Assembly: GCA_051747965.1 (NCBI GenBank)
Contig: JBNJGS010000007.1
Location: 2,042 to 66,041, forward strand
Source: Bacteroidota bacterium
GTDB lineage: Bacteria > Bacteroidota > Bacteroidia > Bacteroidales > ML635J-15
Direction: 5' to 3'
DNA: 64,000 nucleotides
In this document: in pieces, positions 50,328-58,455 of the stretch
How positions within the stretch are numbered: the stretch's first letter is position 1
Layout: the number at the start of each line of letters is the position of its first letter
The notes under the pieces: model-generated
The model's database searches: none
The model's input: only the letters and a program-made list of their open reading frames with translations
Told to the model about the DNA's origin: nothing
Position numbers and translations under genes: made by a program

Positions 50328-50864
50328 ATGGACGAGCCAATTTTAACATACTGGATTGACCTGAACAACTGTATTCGAAGGCTTGAGGGCGAGTTTGGCA
50401 ATTTTTCCACAGAGGAAATGTCTTTTTCCCTGTCAAAGGACGCATGGAAAGGTTCGAATCTTCTGAGCCTCATAGAAGGAGATGACAGCAAAATGTTTTA
50501 TGAAGTATTGCTGCAGCGGGTAAGGATTCTTCAAAAACCATATGAATTCACCTACCGCTGTGACAGTCCCGGCATTGCCAGGTTTATGCGGATGCGTCTG
50601 TCTCCGGAATCCGGAAATCTGGTTCGTTTTGACAATTTTCTTGAAAAGGAAAGCAATTCACTTCCCCGAATACGATTTTATCAGGGAGATGTACATTCTA
50701 CAAAGCGATGCTCTATCTGTAACCGTTTGAAATCCGGTCATCAATGGGTAGATCTGATGGATGAAAACATTTTCTACAAAGACACGCTTACATCCTGGGC
50801 AGTGGATTACACCATTTGTCCTGACTGCATGAAAAAACTTCCTTTGACAAGAAAAATCTACTGA
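50328..50864 (+). CDS. Hypothetical PAS-like protein with a C-terminal four-cysteine motif
   Basis: The central FTYRCDSPGIARFMRMRL pattern resembles a PAS core. The C-terminus has CSICN...N46...CPDC. 178 aa. Confidence 0.5.
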   Translation: MDEPILTYWIDLNNCIRRLEGEFGNFSTEEMSFSLSKDAWKGSNLLSLIEGDDSKMFYEVLLQRVRILQKPYEFTYRCDSPGIARFMRMRLSPESGNLVRFDNFLEKESNSLPRIRFYQGDVHSTKRCSICNRLKSGHQWVDLMDENIFYKDTLTSWAVDYTICPDCMKKLPLTRKIY

Positions 50865-50882
50865 TAGTCGGATCTTCTGAAC

Positions 50883-51644
50883 TTAGAATTTCACACTGAG
50901 AATAAGATCAATATAATCGCCCCGGAAATCCAGGAAATCCTGAACCAGATCACCGTCGAAAACATCAGCATCATCATCTTCTTCACTGTCTATCAGCATG
51001 TAATAGGCCAGCTCCGGTGTGTATTGTACCGACATGATGACATTTTCTGAAAGCAGCAAATCAACACCAAAACTGAAATCCAGACCCACTTTCAACATAT
51101 CTGCCCGGTACCAGCCAAGCATATTGAGTTCCGCAGGACGGTTGATTCCTTCTACAGGATAATCATCGTAAGATTCTTCGTAATGATAATAGGTTTTCCC
51201 GAAATGGTGATATCCACCCATCAGGCCAAGGCCATAATAAAAACGAAAATCTTCCATGGGCATCACACGCTCGTAGCCAATCCGGAGGTCAAGGGTATAC
51301 ACGTTGTTGTTATACTGCCGCATAATGATGCTTGTATCGCCCACCATCACAAGATCAAGGCGATCATCCACTGAATGAAAATTGATATAGTTGGCACTCA
51401 CACGCATGCTGGATTTTTCCCAGTGGTGTTTGTACTGAAAAAATATTTTTGATGATGGCATAATACCACCACCAATCATTCCGAAAGCCGGGTAAACATT
51501 GAGTCCGACAAGTGAACCCTGCCAGATACTGTCACTCTTTGTGGTATCATTGCTTTCCACGGGGGTATTGTCATTTGTTTCCTGTGCATGAACAGTCATT
51601 CCGAAGAGTGCCAAAAAGCCGAGTAATATTCCGATATGTTTCAT
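50883..51644 (-). CDS. Hypothetical outer-membrane beta-barrel protein
   Basis: Start at MKHIGILLGFLALFGMTVHAQ (signal peptide); alternating aromatic/Gly-rich strands; C-terminal LILSVKF with terminal Phe. Confidence 0.55.
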   Translation of the reverse strand: MKHIGILLGFLALFGMTVHAQETNDNTPVESNDTTKSDSIWQGSLVGLNVYPAFGMIGGGIMPSSKIFFQYKHHWEKSSMRVSANYINFHSVDDRLDLVMVGDTSIIMRQYNNNVYTLDLRIGYERVMPMEDFRFYYGLGLMGGYHHFGKTYYHYEESYDDYPVEGINRPAELNMLGWYRADMLKVGLDFSFGVDLLLSENVIMSVQYTPELAYYMLIDSEEDDDADVFDGDLVQDFLDFRGDYIDLILSVKF

Positions 51645-51789
51645 AGTGTCCGGGATTTTTTCCAATAAAGATAAGAATAAGATTTGATTGTTCAAAAACA
51701 GTTTCTATTTATGTTATCGTAAATCAGTCATCAATCAGCGATAAGACCTTCATCACAACAGAAAACACAAGGAGTATCTTCTGTCTTTA

Positions 51790-53424
51790 CTAACGGGAAA
51801 TTTCATCAATTGGTATGCCGGTGACCGAAGCGGGAAAAGGAATATTCATCATATTACACAGACTGGGCACAAGATCAGTGATGTTCACCGGTTTTGTGAT
51901 TTCGGTTTTGCGAACTTTCCAGCCATAGAACACAAGTGGGACGTGAGTATCATAGTTATAGCATGAATTGTGGTCAGCAGCATAGCTGACATCTTTAATC
52001 CATCCCGGTTTCAAAGCAATCAGCAAATCACCGCTGCGTTTTTGATGATAGGAATTCTGCATTTTCTCAAAAATGCCTGAAGTATAATCTGTTGTCACAA
52101 GGTTGTTGGCTGTCAGCACCGCGGCAATGCCATCATAGGACAAAATGAATCCGGCAATTTTATCCTGCACTTCTGCAAGATCAAGGCCGGCATCCTCAAT
52201 GAGTGTACGGTTAAGATAAATCTGCTGGTTTTTGTAGTCCCGTATCCAGTCACCTTCACCGTACAGTACATTCAGATAAGAATCCAGCAAGGCCATTACA
52301 TAATGGTGATTAAATCTGCCACCCGGCAATTTTTCCGATTTACGGTAATCCGGATTGCTGCCAAATCCACTGGGTGAAGTAAGGAAAAATAAGGTATTGT
52401 TTTTACCTAGATTGTCTTCTATCACACTGATCAGATGAGCAATCTCCCTGTCGGTACGCAGCAGCAAATCCTGCATTTCCTTGGAGTCTGGCCCGAAATA
52501 TTTCCCGATATTTTCTCCTACATGATAATTCACCATCAGAACATCCGGTATCTCATCTGCACCCAGTTCCTCGTTGAATAAGGCAGCCACAGCAAAATCG
52601 GTGGTCATGGTGTTTCCTTCGGGAATCATTTTGATGAATTTGTTTCCGGTGAAACGGGTTTTTATTTCCTCGTATTCATAAGGAAATGTTGTAAACTCGC
52701 CATCAAAACCATATTCAAAACTACTGGTATCCGGCAATGAATGTTTGTAAAACTTCAGACTGTCCAGGGGTTCCCAGCTTCGCTCGAAATACACATCAGG
52801 ATAATCATTTTTATTGAATTTATTCACCCATGCCGGTAAGTCATCCATATAATAATTGCTGGTAACGAAATCCCCGGATAATTCATCAAGCCAGTAGGCA
52901 GCATCTGCTTTAAAACCACCATTGAGTACCGCAGCTGTGGCATCAAGAGATATGCTCACTACCTTGCTTTCATTCCTGAAATACATTTTCATCGCATCGC
53001 TGAATGTACCGGACATCAGTTGGTCCGGGGAGCAGGCGTTGTCAAGGTTCAAAGTCCCTACCGGCCGATAATCTGCATTTTGCACAGCATGCACCCCTTG
53101 CTCGCTAAGGGTTTTGTACCAGTAATCCGCCACCACTCCATGCCAGGAAGGTTCACTACCGGTCACAATGCTTGCATAACCAGGGGCCCGCTGTGTAAAC
53201 ATATAATCATAGCGGGCATTGGAACAATTGGCACCCATGTTTATCAACTTTGTAAAACCCTGTGCGCTAAGCAAATCACGGTTTTTGTAAATGGCATCAT
53301 AACCCAATCCGTCAACCACAATACCCACAACCAGTTTGGGCCTGTCAGAGGGCAGATTGTAGTTCTGACTCATCCCTCCCACTGTCATAAAAACTCCAAG
53401 TATCAACAAAAATCGTTTCATCAT
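51790..53424 (-). CDS. Alkaline-phosphatase-superfamily (PafA/NPP-like) secreted protein, apparently with a degenerate active site
   Basis: Signal peptide; RPKLVVGIVVDGLGYD (first metal Asp retained). The nucleophile, D..GH and SDHG positions appear substituted (see finding). C-terminal THVPLVFYGW is conserved. 544 aa. Confidence 0.8.
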   Translation of the reverse strand: MMKRFLLILGVFMTVGGMSQNYNLPSDRPKLVVGIVVDGLGYDAIYKNRDLLSAQGFTKLINMGANCSNARYDYMFTQRAPGYASIVTGSEPSWHGVVADYWYKTLSEQGVHAVQNADYRPVGTLNLDNACSPDQLMSGTFSDAMKMYFRNESKVVSISLDATAAVLNGGFKADAAYWLDELSGDFVTSNYYMDDLPAWVNKFNKNDYPDVYFERSWEPLDSLKFYKHSLPDTSSFEYGFDGEFTTFPYEYEEIKTRFTGNKFIKMIPEGNTMTTDFAVAALFNEELGADEIPDVLMVNYHVGENIGKYFGPDSKEMQDLLLRTDREIAHLISVIEDNLGKNNTLFFLTSPSGFGSNPDYRKSEKLPGGRFNHHYVMALLDSYLNVLYGEGDWIRDYKNQQIYLNRTLIEDAGLDLAEVQDKIAGFILSYDGIAAVLTANNLVTTDYTSGIFEKMQNSYHQKRSGDLLIALKPGWIKDVSYAADHNSCYNYDTHVPLVFYGWKVRKTEITKPVNITDLVPSLCNMMNIPFPASVTGIPIDEISR

Positions 53425-53427
53425 TTT

Positions 53428-53787
53428 CTACAAATTTTCAGCAAAAGCAAACAAGACAAATACACCCAGTGCAACACTAATCAGCACATTCAGTCCGGCC
53501 ATGAGGTATTGTTGTTGCCGCATCATTTCAAACACTTCAAAACTGAAGGTGGAAAACGTACTGAATCCACCACAGAAACCAACGATCAACAGGGCATATA
53601 AATTATCTGTTATGCTGTGCGAACGACTGAAATAATACACAATTGCTCCCAATACCAACACACTCAATAGGTTAGACACAAGAGTCGCTATGGGATTTAT
53701 GCTTCCGCCTCCTGTAATCAAACGGGAAACACCATATCGTGAAACACTGCCAAGTCCGCCTCCCAAAAATATGTATATCAACTGCAT
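53428..53787 (-). CDS. crcB: Fluoride channel CrcB/Fluc
   Basis: Start placed at the ATG (MQLIYIFLGGGLGSVSRY); GFCGGFSTFSTF motif; the track start at 53805 is a GTG. Confidence 0.9.
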   Translation of the reverse strand: MQLIYIFLGGGLGSVSRYGVSRLITGGGSINPIATLVSNLLSVLVLGAIVYYFSRSHSITDNLYALLIVGFCGGFSTFSTFSFEVFEMMRQQQYLMAGLNVLISVALGVFVLFAFAENL

Positions 53788-53860
53788 AATCAGAATTTTG
53801 CACAAAAATAGGAATTATTTATGCATTTCTGTTATTATCCCCCTTTCATCAACACAAATA

Positions 53861-54055
53861 AGGTTTGATCCGCCGGTGGGCAGCCTGTTACGCCGGTAGT
53901 CGCACAGGCCGACTGCTGGCGGAGACAAGGGTTTGATCCGCCGGTGGGCGGACAAGGGTTGAAGGTTGAAGTCCCGATATCGTTATCACTTCCGCCATTG
54001 GGCGGACAAGCTATCGGGATCTTCCGTCAGAAGACGGACAGGCCCTCAACCATCC
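53861..54055. repeat. Array of related GC-rich hairpin modules (TTTGAT-CCGCC-N-GGCGG-ACAAG) in a gene-free island
   Basis: Extended hairpin 53870-53922. CCGCC-GGTG-GGCGG at 53938-53951. Nested hairpin TCCCGATA (53972-53979) / TATCGGGA (54012-54019) enclosing CCGCC-ATTG-GGCGG (53992-54005). TCCGTC-AGAA-GACGGA at 54023-54038. Possible closing helix GGTTGA (53964-53969) / TCAACC (54046-54051). Confidence 0.6.
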
Positions 54056-54255
54056 CAATTCGCTGCGTTACCACTTGCAAATTGTGGGTTTCGGATGATT
54101 TGAAGTTCAAGGTTTTTGAATTTTGTTGCACCGCTATTCGTGAGATGGTTCAACATTATATTTTTGTTGCGTTTCTTCGGCACTTACAAAAATATTGTTT
54201 CACGCATTTGTAATTTGAAGTTTGTAATTTGTTATTTCTATCAGTGGGGCGTGCC

Positions 54256-54399
54256 CGTTTTTGTTTTCAGCGCAGGCTTGCGGCGCAACCTTCAGGGTCG
54301 CTCAAATTCCTCGCTGTACTGTTCTTTTCAAATTCAACGACAAGTTTATAGGGACGACCCTGAAGGTTTTGCTTCCAGCGCAGCCTGAAAACAAAAACG
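54256..54399. repeat. 144-nt imperfect inverted repeat / long hairpin
   Basis: Helix A: CGTTTTTGTTTTCAG (54256-54270) with CTGAAAACAAAAACG (54385-54399). Helix B: AACCTTCAGGGTCG (54287-54300) with CGACCCTGAAGGTT (54355-54368). Symmetric 16/16-nt internal loop; 54-nt apical region. Confidence 0.6.
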
Positions 54400-54547
54400 G
54401 TCGGGCTATCCGCTTGTACGCTTCATCCGCCTACCGGCGAATTGCAGGGTACCGCTTCTATCCCTCACGCGGGCATCATCGTTGCAAATTAAATTTCCCT
54501 GAATCAAAAAAATAATCTAACTTAGATACCGTAAAATAAACTCCGGC

Positions 54548-56662
54548 ATGAAAAAACCGCTGATTCTGTTACTCCTCCTCTTTGGGCTTATCAATTATGG
54601 CAGCAGCCAGGACATTCAATGGATAAACCCACTTCCACAGGGAAATACTCTGATGAGCATGTGCCATGCCGATTCCGCTGTCTTATTTGCTGCCGGCTAC
54701 CATGGCACTATTATGAAAAGTACAGACAATGGCCAGAACTGGGAAATCCAGTCAACACCCACCACAAAAGATTTGTACGACATTGCGTTTCAGAACACCA
54801 ACCATGGTGTAGCCGTGGGGTATGGTTGCATTCTCTTCACTGATAACGGCGAACAAACATGGAATACCTCATCAGACAATGCAATGGGTCAGCTTGAAAG
54901 CGTGAGCTGGCAGAACAATCAAAACCTTGTGGCATGCGGACGTAACGGGCTTATCTTACGATCCGAAGACGCAGGCGCTTCCTGGGACAGCCTTGCCTCT
55001 CCTACAAATATTGATCTTTTCTCGGTAATTTTTCCGACTGAAACTACAGGCTATATTGCTGGTGGTGGCAACACAGCAGGCGGCAACCCCGTTGTTCTCA
55101 AAAGTACCGATGGAGGCCAGACCTGGTTTATGCAGTGCGACAGCCTTGAATACAGCCTCTACGATATTCATTTCACTGACAGCCTCAACGGATATGCAGC
55201 CGGAAATTTTTCGTACATCGTAAAGACCAGCGATGGCGGAAACACCTGGACAGAATTAAGCACACCTGACAACTCACACATCCGTAGCATCAGTGCCACA
55301 GATGAGGGGTACATCATCGCCTGCGATGCACAGGGGAACATCATAACCACAATGGATGCAGGTAACACGTGGACCACCAATCAGGAATACAGATACGAAA
55401 GCATATTTTTCAATGCCCTGGCAGGAAACCATTATGCATTCATTTGCGGAATGGGTGGCAGAATCCTGCGGACAGAAATCAACGCAGCAGCTTTTGAAAA
55501 CCTTACAGGTACGGTTTTCAATCACCTGGTGGGGATGGGAACACCCGAAAACGGGAATATCTACATCGGTGGTGACGGAATTCTGATGCATTCAGATGAT
55601 TTTGGTGAAAACTGGACATACCATTCCCGTGAAAAGTTGAACGGTTTAATTGCAATTGACTTCACTTCCCCTGACATTTTTTATGCCCTAACCTATGATG
55701 GGATATACAAAAGCACTAACAGCGGCACAAGCTGGACATGGCAGCACGAAGCATATAAAGCAAGCTTTATGAATGATGTCCGTATGGCCAGCCCAACGCT
55801 TGGATTTGCCGTGGGCGGTGGAGTCAGTCCGGGAGGAGCACAGTGGGCCACATGTTTAAAAACCACCGATGGTCAGACATGGAACAACATCAGCATTGGT
55901 GCCGGTGAATATCTCAAGTCCGTGTATGTGCATTCATCCTCTGAAATTTACATCATAGGCAGTGATGGAAAGTTATACAATTCCACCGATGCAGGAAACA
56001 ATTGGCATACCATTCAGACAGGAATCAGCAACCACATAGCCGGCATGTGTATACTTGAGGAGAAGTTTTTTATCCTGGCCACCAATCCTTACGGTCAGAT
56101 ATCCACGGTTTACCGCGCCGAAAACAACCAGTCAGAATGGGACACGGTTTATCATGTTAATGCATACCTGAACCACCTGGAAATACTTGGTGACAGTCTG
56201 CTTTGCCTTTATGGTACAAACGGCACCATTGTGCAATCCTCCGACATGGGCGAAACCTGGTCAGAAATCACACTTCCTACCAATAATAACATAAGTGATG
56301 TTCATTTTATCAGTGACAGTTGCCTCTTGTTTGCCGGAAGCTATGGCAGCCTGCTCCAAATGGGAGACATTCCCGACAGCATTGAAACAGACCCTGTATC
56401 TCAGAACGGATTAAGGGTTTATCCCAATCCGGCAAGCGAAGAAATCCTTCTGTCATTCACAAGTCATTCATCAACAGCTAAACTGGAAATGTTTGATATC
56501 AGCGGAAGACAAATAATGTCAATCGGTTTCAACACCTCACAAGGGTACGTCAGGCACAAACTCATGCTCCCGGGAGACATACACAGCGGCATATACCTCC
56601 TTCGCATCAAACAAAACGGACAAAGCCGGGAACAGAAGCTGCTTATCCGGAACAGCCCATAA
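54548..56662 (+). CDS. BNR/Asp-box (Ycf48/sialidase-like) beta-propeller protein with a T9SS type A C-terminal sorting domain
   Basis: Signal peptide; about 11 Asp-box repeats (STDNGQNW, SEDAGASW, STDGGQTW, TSDGGNTW, TMDAGNTW, SDDFGENW, STNSGTSW, STDAGNNW, SSDMGETW...). C-terminal LRVYPNPASEEILLSF...GIYLLRIKQNGQ matches a Por secretion tail. Confidence 0.85.
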   Translation: MKKPLILLLLLFGLINYGSSQDIQWINPLPQGNTLMSMCHADSAVLFAAGYHGTIMKSTDNGQNWEIQSTPTTKDLYDIAFQNTNHGVAVGYGCILFTDNGEQTWNTSSDNAMGQLESVSWQNNQNLVACGRNGLILRSEDAGASWDSLASPTNIDLFSVIFPTETTGYIAGGGNTAGGNPVVLKSTDGGQTWFMQCDSLEYSLYDIHFTDSLNGYAAGNFSYIVKTSDGGNTWTELSTPDNSHIRSISATDEGYIIACDAQGNIITTMDAGNTWTTNQEYRYESIFFNALAGNHYAFICGMGGRILRTEINAAAFENLTGTVFNHLVGMGTPENGNIYIGGDGILMHSDDFGENWTYHSREKLNGLIAIDFTSPDIFYALTYDGIYKSTNSGTSWTWQHEAYKASFMNDVRMASPTLGFAVGGGVSPGGAQWATCLKTTDGQTWNNISIGAGEYLKSVYVHSSSEIYIIGSDGKLYNSTDAGNNWHTIQTGISNHIAGMCILEEKFFILATNPYGQISTVYRAENNQSEWDTVYHVNAYLNHLEILGDSLLCLYGTNGTIVQSSDMGETWSEITLPTNNNISDVHFISDSCLLFAGSYGSLLQMGDIPDSIETDPVSQNGLRVYPNPASEEILLSFTSHSSTAKLEMFDISGRQIMSIGFNTSQGYVRHKLMLPGDIHSGIYLLRIKQNGQSREQKLLIRNSP

Positions 56663-56695
56663 GCTTGTACCCATGACCATATACATCTCCTAAAA

Positions 56696-56815
56696 CGGGG
56701 TGGTAAACCGGAAGACATCGCCTCCATGGCAGTTTTTCTACTATCCGACAAAGCAGGCTGGATTTCCGGCGAAGTGATGCACGTTGACGGGGGTATAACC
56801 AGTATCGGAAAATAA
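56696..56815 (+). pseudogene. 3' remnant of a short-chain dehydrogenase/reductase (SDR, FabG-like) gene
   Basis: Translates to [39 protein letters not shown], a canonical SDR C-terminus. No start codon or Rossmann N-terminus upstream. Followed by a terminator. Confidence 0.6.
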
Positions 56816-56846
56816 AAAAAAGCCATCCCAGCAAAAGAATGGCTTT
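56812..56846 (-). terminator. Rho-independent terminator downstream of fabD (also closes the plus-strand genes)
   Basis: 8-bp stem AAAGCCAT (56819-56826) / ATGGCTTT (56839-56846), followed by an 8-nt T-run on the minus strand. Confidence 0.7.
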
Positions 56847-56865
56847 CAAATATTTGTAAACGTCT

Positions 56866-57744
56866 TTAGCTCAGGTTTTCAACCGGCATTTTGCGGTCTA
56901 CTTTTTTAATCAGGCCGGCAAGTACTTTACCCGGGCCGATTTCAGTAAAGGATTCAGCTCCGTCGTTCATCATGGCTTTTACGGTTTGTGTCCAGCGGAC
57001 AGGACTGGTGAGCTGAGCAATGAGGTTTTCACGGATATCAGCAGGTTTGGTGTATGCTTTGGCATCTACATTCTGATATACCGGGCAAACCGGTTCGGCA
57101 AAGGCTGTATCTTTGATTGCCTGTGCCAGTTCTTCGCGGGCAGGCTCCATAAAAGGCGAATGGAAAGCACCACCGACGGGCAATGGCATGGCGCGTTTGG
57201 CACCGGCTTCTTTCAGAACTTCAATGGCTTTATCAATGCCGGCTTTTGAACCGGAAATCACAACCTGTCCTGGGCTGTTGTAATTGGCCGGGATAACAAC
57301 ATCGTCAATTCCGGCACATTTTTCCTCAACCACAGCATCTTCCAGGCCGAGAATGGCAGCCATGGTGGATTCTTCCATTTCACATGCTTTCTGCATGGCC
57401 ATGGCACGTTTTGACACCAGCACAAGGCCGTCTTCAAAACTCAGCGCCTGGTTTGCTACCAGGGCAGAAAATTCACCCAGTGAGTGCCCGGCAACCATAT
57501 CCGGTTTGAAATCATCACCCATCACCAGGGCACGAATCACGGAATGCAGAAAAATGGCAGGTTGGGTAACTTTGGTTTGTTTGAGTTCTTCCGGAGTTCC
57601 TTCAAACATGATGTCGGTAATGCGGAAACCCAGAATTTCATTTGCTTTCTCAAATTTTTCTTTGGCTTCGGGATGGTTTTCGTACAGGTCTTTGCCCATA
57701 CCCGGAAATTGTGCTCCCTGTCCGGGAAATACAAATGCTTTCAT
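56866..57744 (-). CDS. fabD: ACP S-malonyltransferase
   Basis: FPGQGAQ N-terminus and active-site GHSLGEFSA; 292 aa. Confidence 0.95.
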   Translation of the reverse strand: MKAFVFPGQGAQFPGMGKDLYENHPEAKEKFEKANEILGFRITDIMFEGTPEELKQTKVTQPAIFLHSVIRALVMGDDFKPDMVAGHSLGEFSALVANQALSFEDGLVLVSKRAMAMQKACEMEESTMAAILGLEDAVVEEKCAGIDDVVIPANYNSPGQVVISGSKAGIDKAIEVLKEAGAKRAMPLPVGGAFHSPFMEPAREELAQAIKDTAFAEPVCPVYQNVDAKAYTKPADIRENLIAQLTSPVRWTQTVKAMMNDGAESFTEIGPGKVLAGLIKKVDRKMPVENLS

Positions 57745-57764
57745 ACTTTATGGTTTTAAAATGA

Positions 57765-58391
57765 TTACATAAGTTTTGATCCAATCAGTTGCAGGAACTC
57801 CTTGCGCGTGGGTTCTTTTAAAAATGCACCGGTAAAATCCGATGTGGTGGTAACAGAATTCTGCTTTTGTACCCCACGCATCTGCATGCACAGATGCCGG
57901 GCTTCAATCACCACGCCAACGCCCAGGGGCTGCAGTGCACCCTGAATGCTGTCTTTAATCTGCGTTGTTAAACGCTCCTGCACCTGCAGGCGACGGGAAA
58001 ATGCTTCCACCACCCGGGCAACTTTACTGAGTCCGGTGATGTAATGATTGGGAATATAGGCCACATGTGCCTTGCCGATAAACGGCAACATATGATGTTC
58101 ACACATGCTAAAAATGTCAATATCCTTCACAATCACCATTTGGCGGTAATCCTCCTTGAATTTGGCGGAATTGATGATTTCAACAGGATCCATATTGTAT
58201 CCCTGCAGCAAGAACTGCATGGCCTTGGCCACACGCACAGGAGTTTTTTCCAGCCCTTCACGACTGATATCCTCACCCACGAGATCAATGATACGTGAAT
58301 AATGAGATGCCAGTTCATTGGTAACCTTATCATCATACTTATCGGTACGGACAAAGCCGCCTTCCTCTTCATGATTTATTGTAAATTCCAT
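57765..58391 (-). CDS. folE: GTP cyclohydrolase I
   Basis: [21 protein letters not shown] and the HLCMQMRGV motif; 208 aa. Confidence 0.95.
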   Translation of the reverse strand: MEFTINHEEEGGFVRTDKYDDKVTNELASHYSRIIDLVGEDISREGLEKTPVRVAKAMQFLLQGYNMDPVEIINSAKFKEDYRQMVIVKDIDIFSMCEHHMLPFIGKAHVAYIPNHYITGLSKVARVVEAFSRRLQVQERLTTQIKDSIQGALQPLGVGVVIEARHLCMQMRGVQKQNSVTTTSDFTGAFLKEPTRKEFLQLIGSKLM

Positions 58392-58455
58392 AAATTGTTA
58401 TCTTTAGATTTGCAAAGTAAACATTTTTTCAGTCAAATATGTTGAATGTGCACGT

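Noticed and set aside
49612-50445. Full 277-aa version of the HAD ORF.
   Set aside because: The N-terminal 69 residues have no HAD homology and overlap the divergent gene's start region. HAD motif I (FDLGQVL) follows directly after the internal Met at 50238.
50451-50460. GGTTCGAATC T-loop-like word suggesting a tRNA.
   Set aside because: It lies inside the ORF at 50328-50864. Flanking bases do not form a T-stem or the rest of a cloverleaf.
53788-53900. Fluoride (crcB-motif) riboswitch upstream of crcB.
   Set aside because: I read the minus strand upstream of the ATG at 53787 looking for the P1 stem with a GAUG-containing loop, AAAC linker, P3 hairpin and the UGAUG pseudoknot segment. Only fragmentary resemblance was found (UGUU-GAUGAAAGGGGG...AACA), and there is no complementary pseudoknot strand. 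An Infernal scan with RF01734 would be decisive.
53861-53945. GGTTTGATCC words resembling the 5' end of 16S rRNA (AGAGTTTGATCC...).
   Set aside because: Only a ~10-nt match is present, occurring twice as part of the local repeat module. Nothing downstream resembles rRNA.
54256-54399. Calling the long inverted repeat a MITE outright.
   Set aside because: No target-site duplication is visible at the arm ends (..GTGCC | CGTTT.. versus ..AAACG | GTCGG..), and only one copy is in the window. It is kept as an open finding instead.
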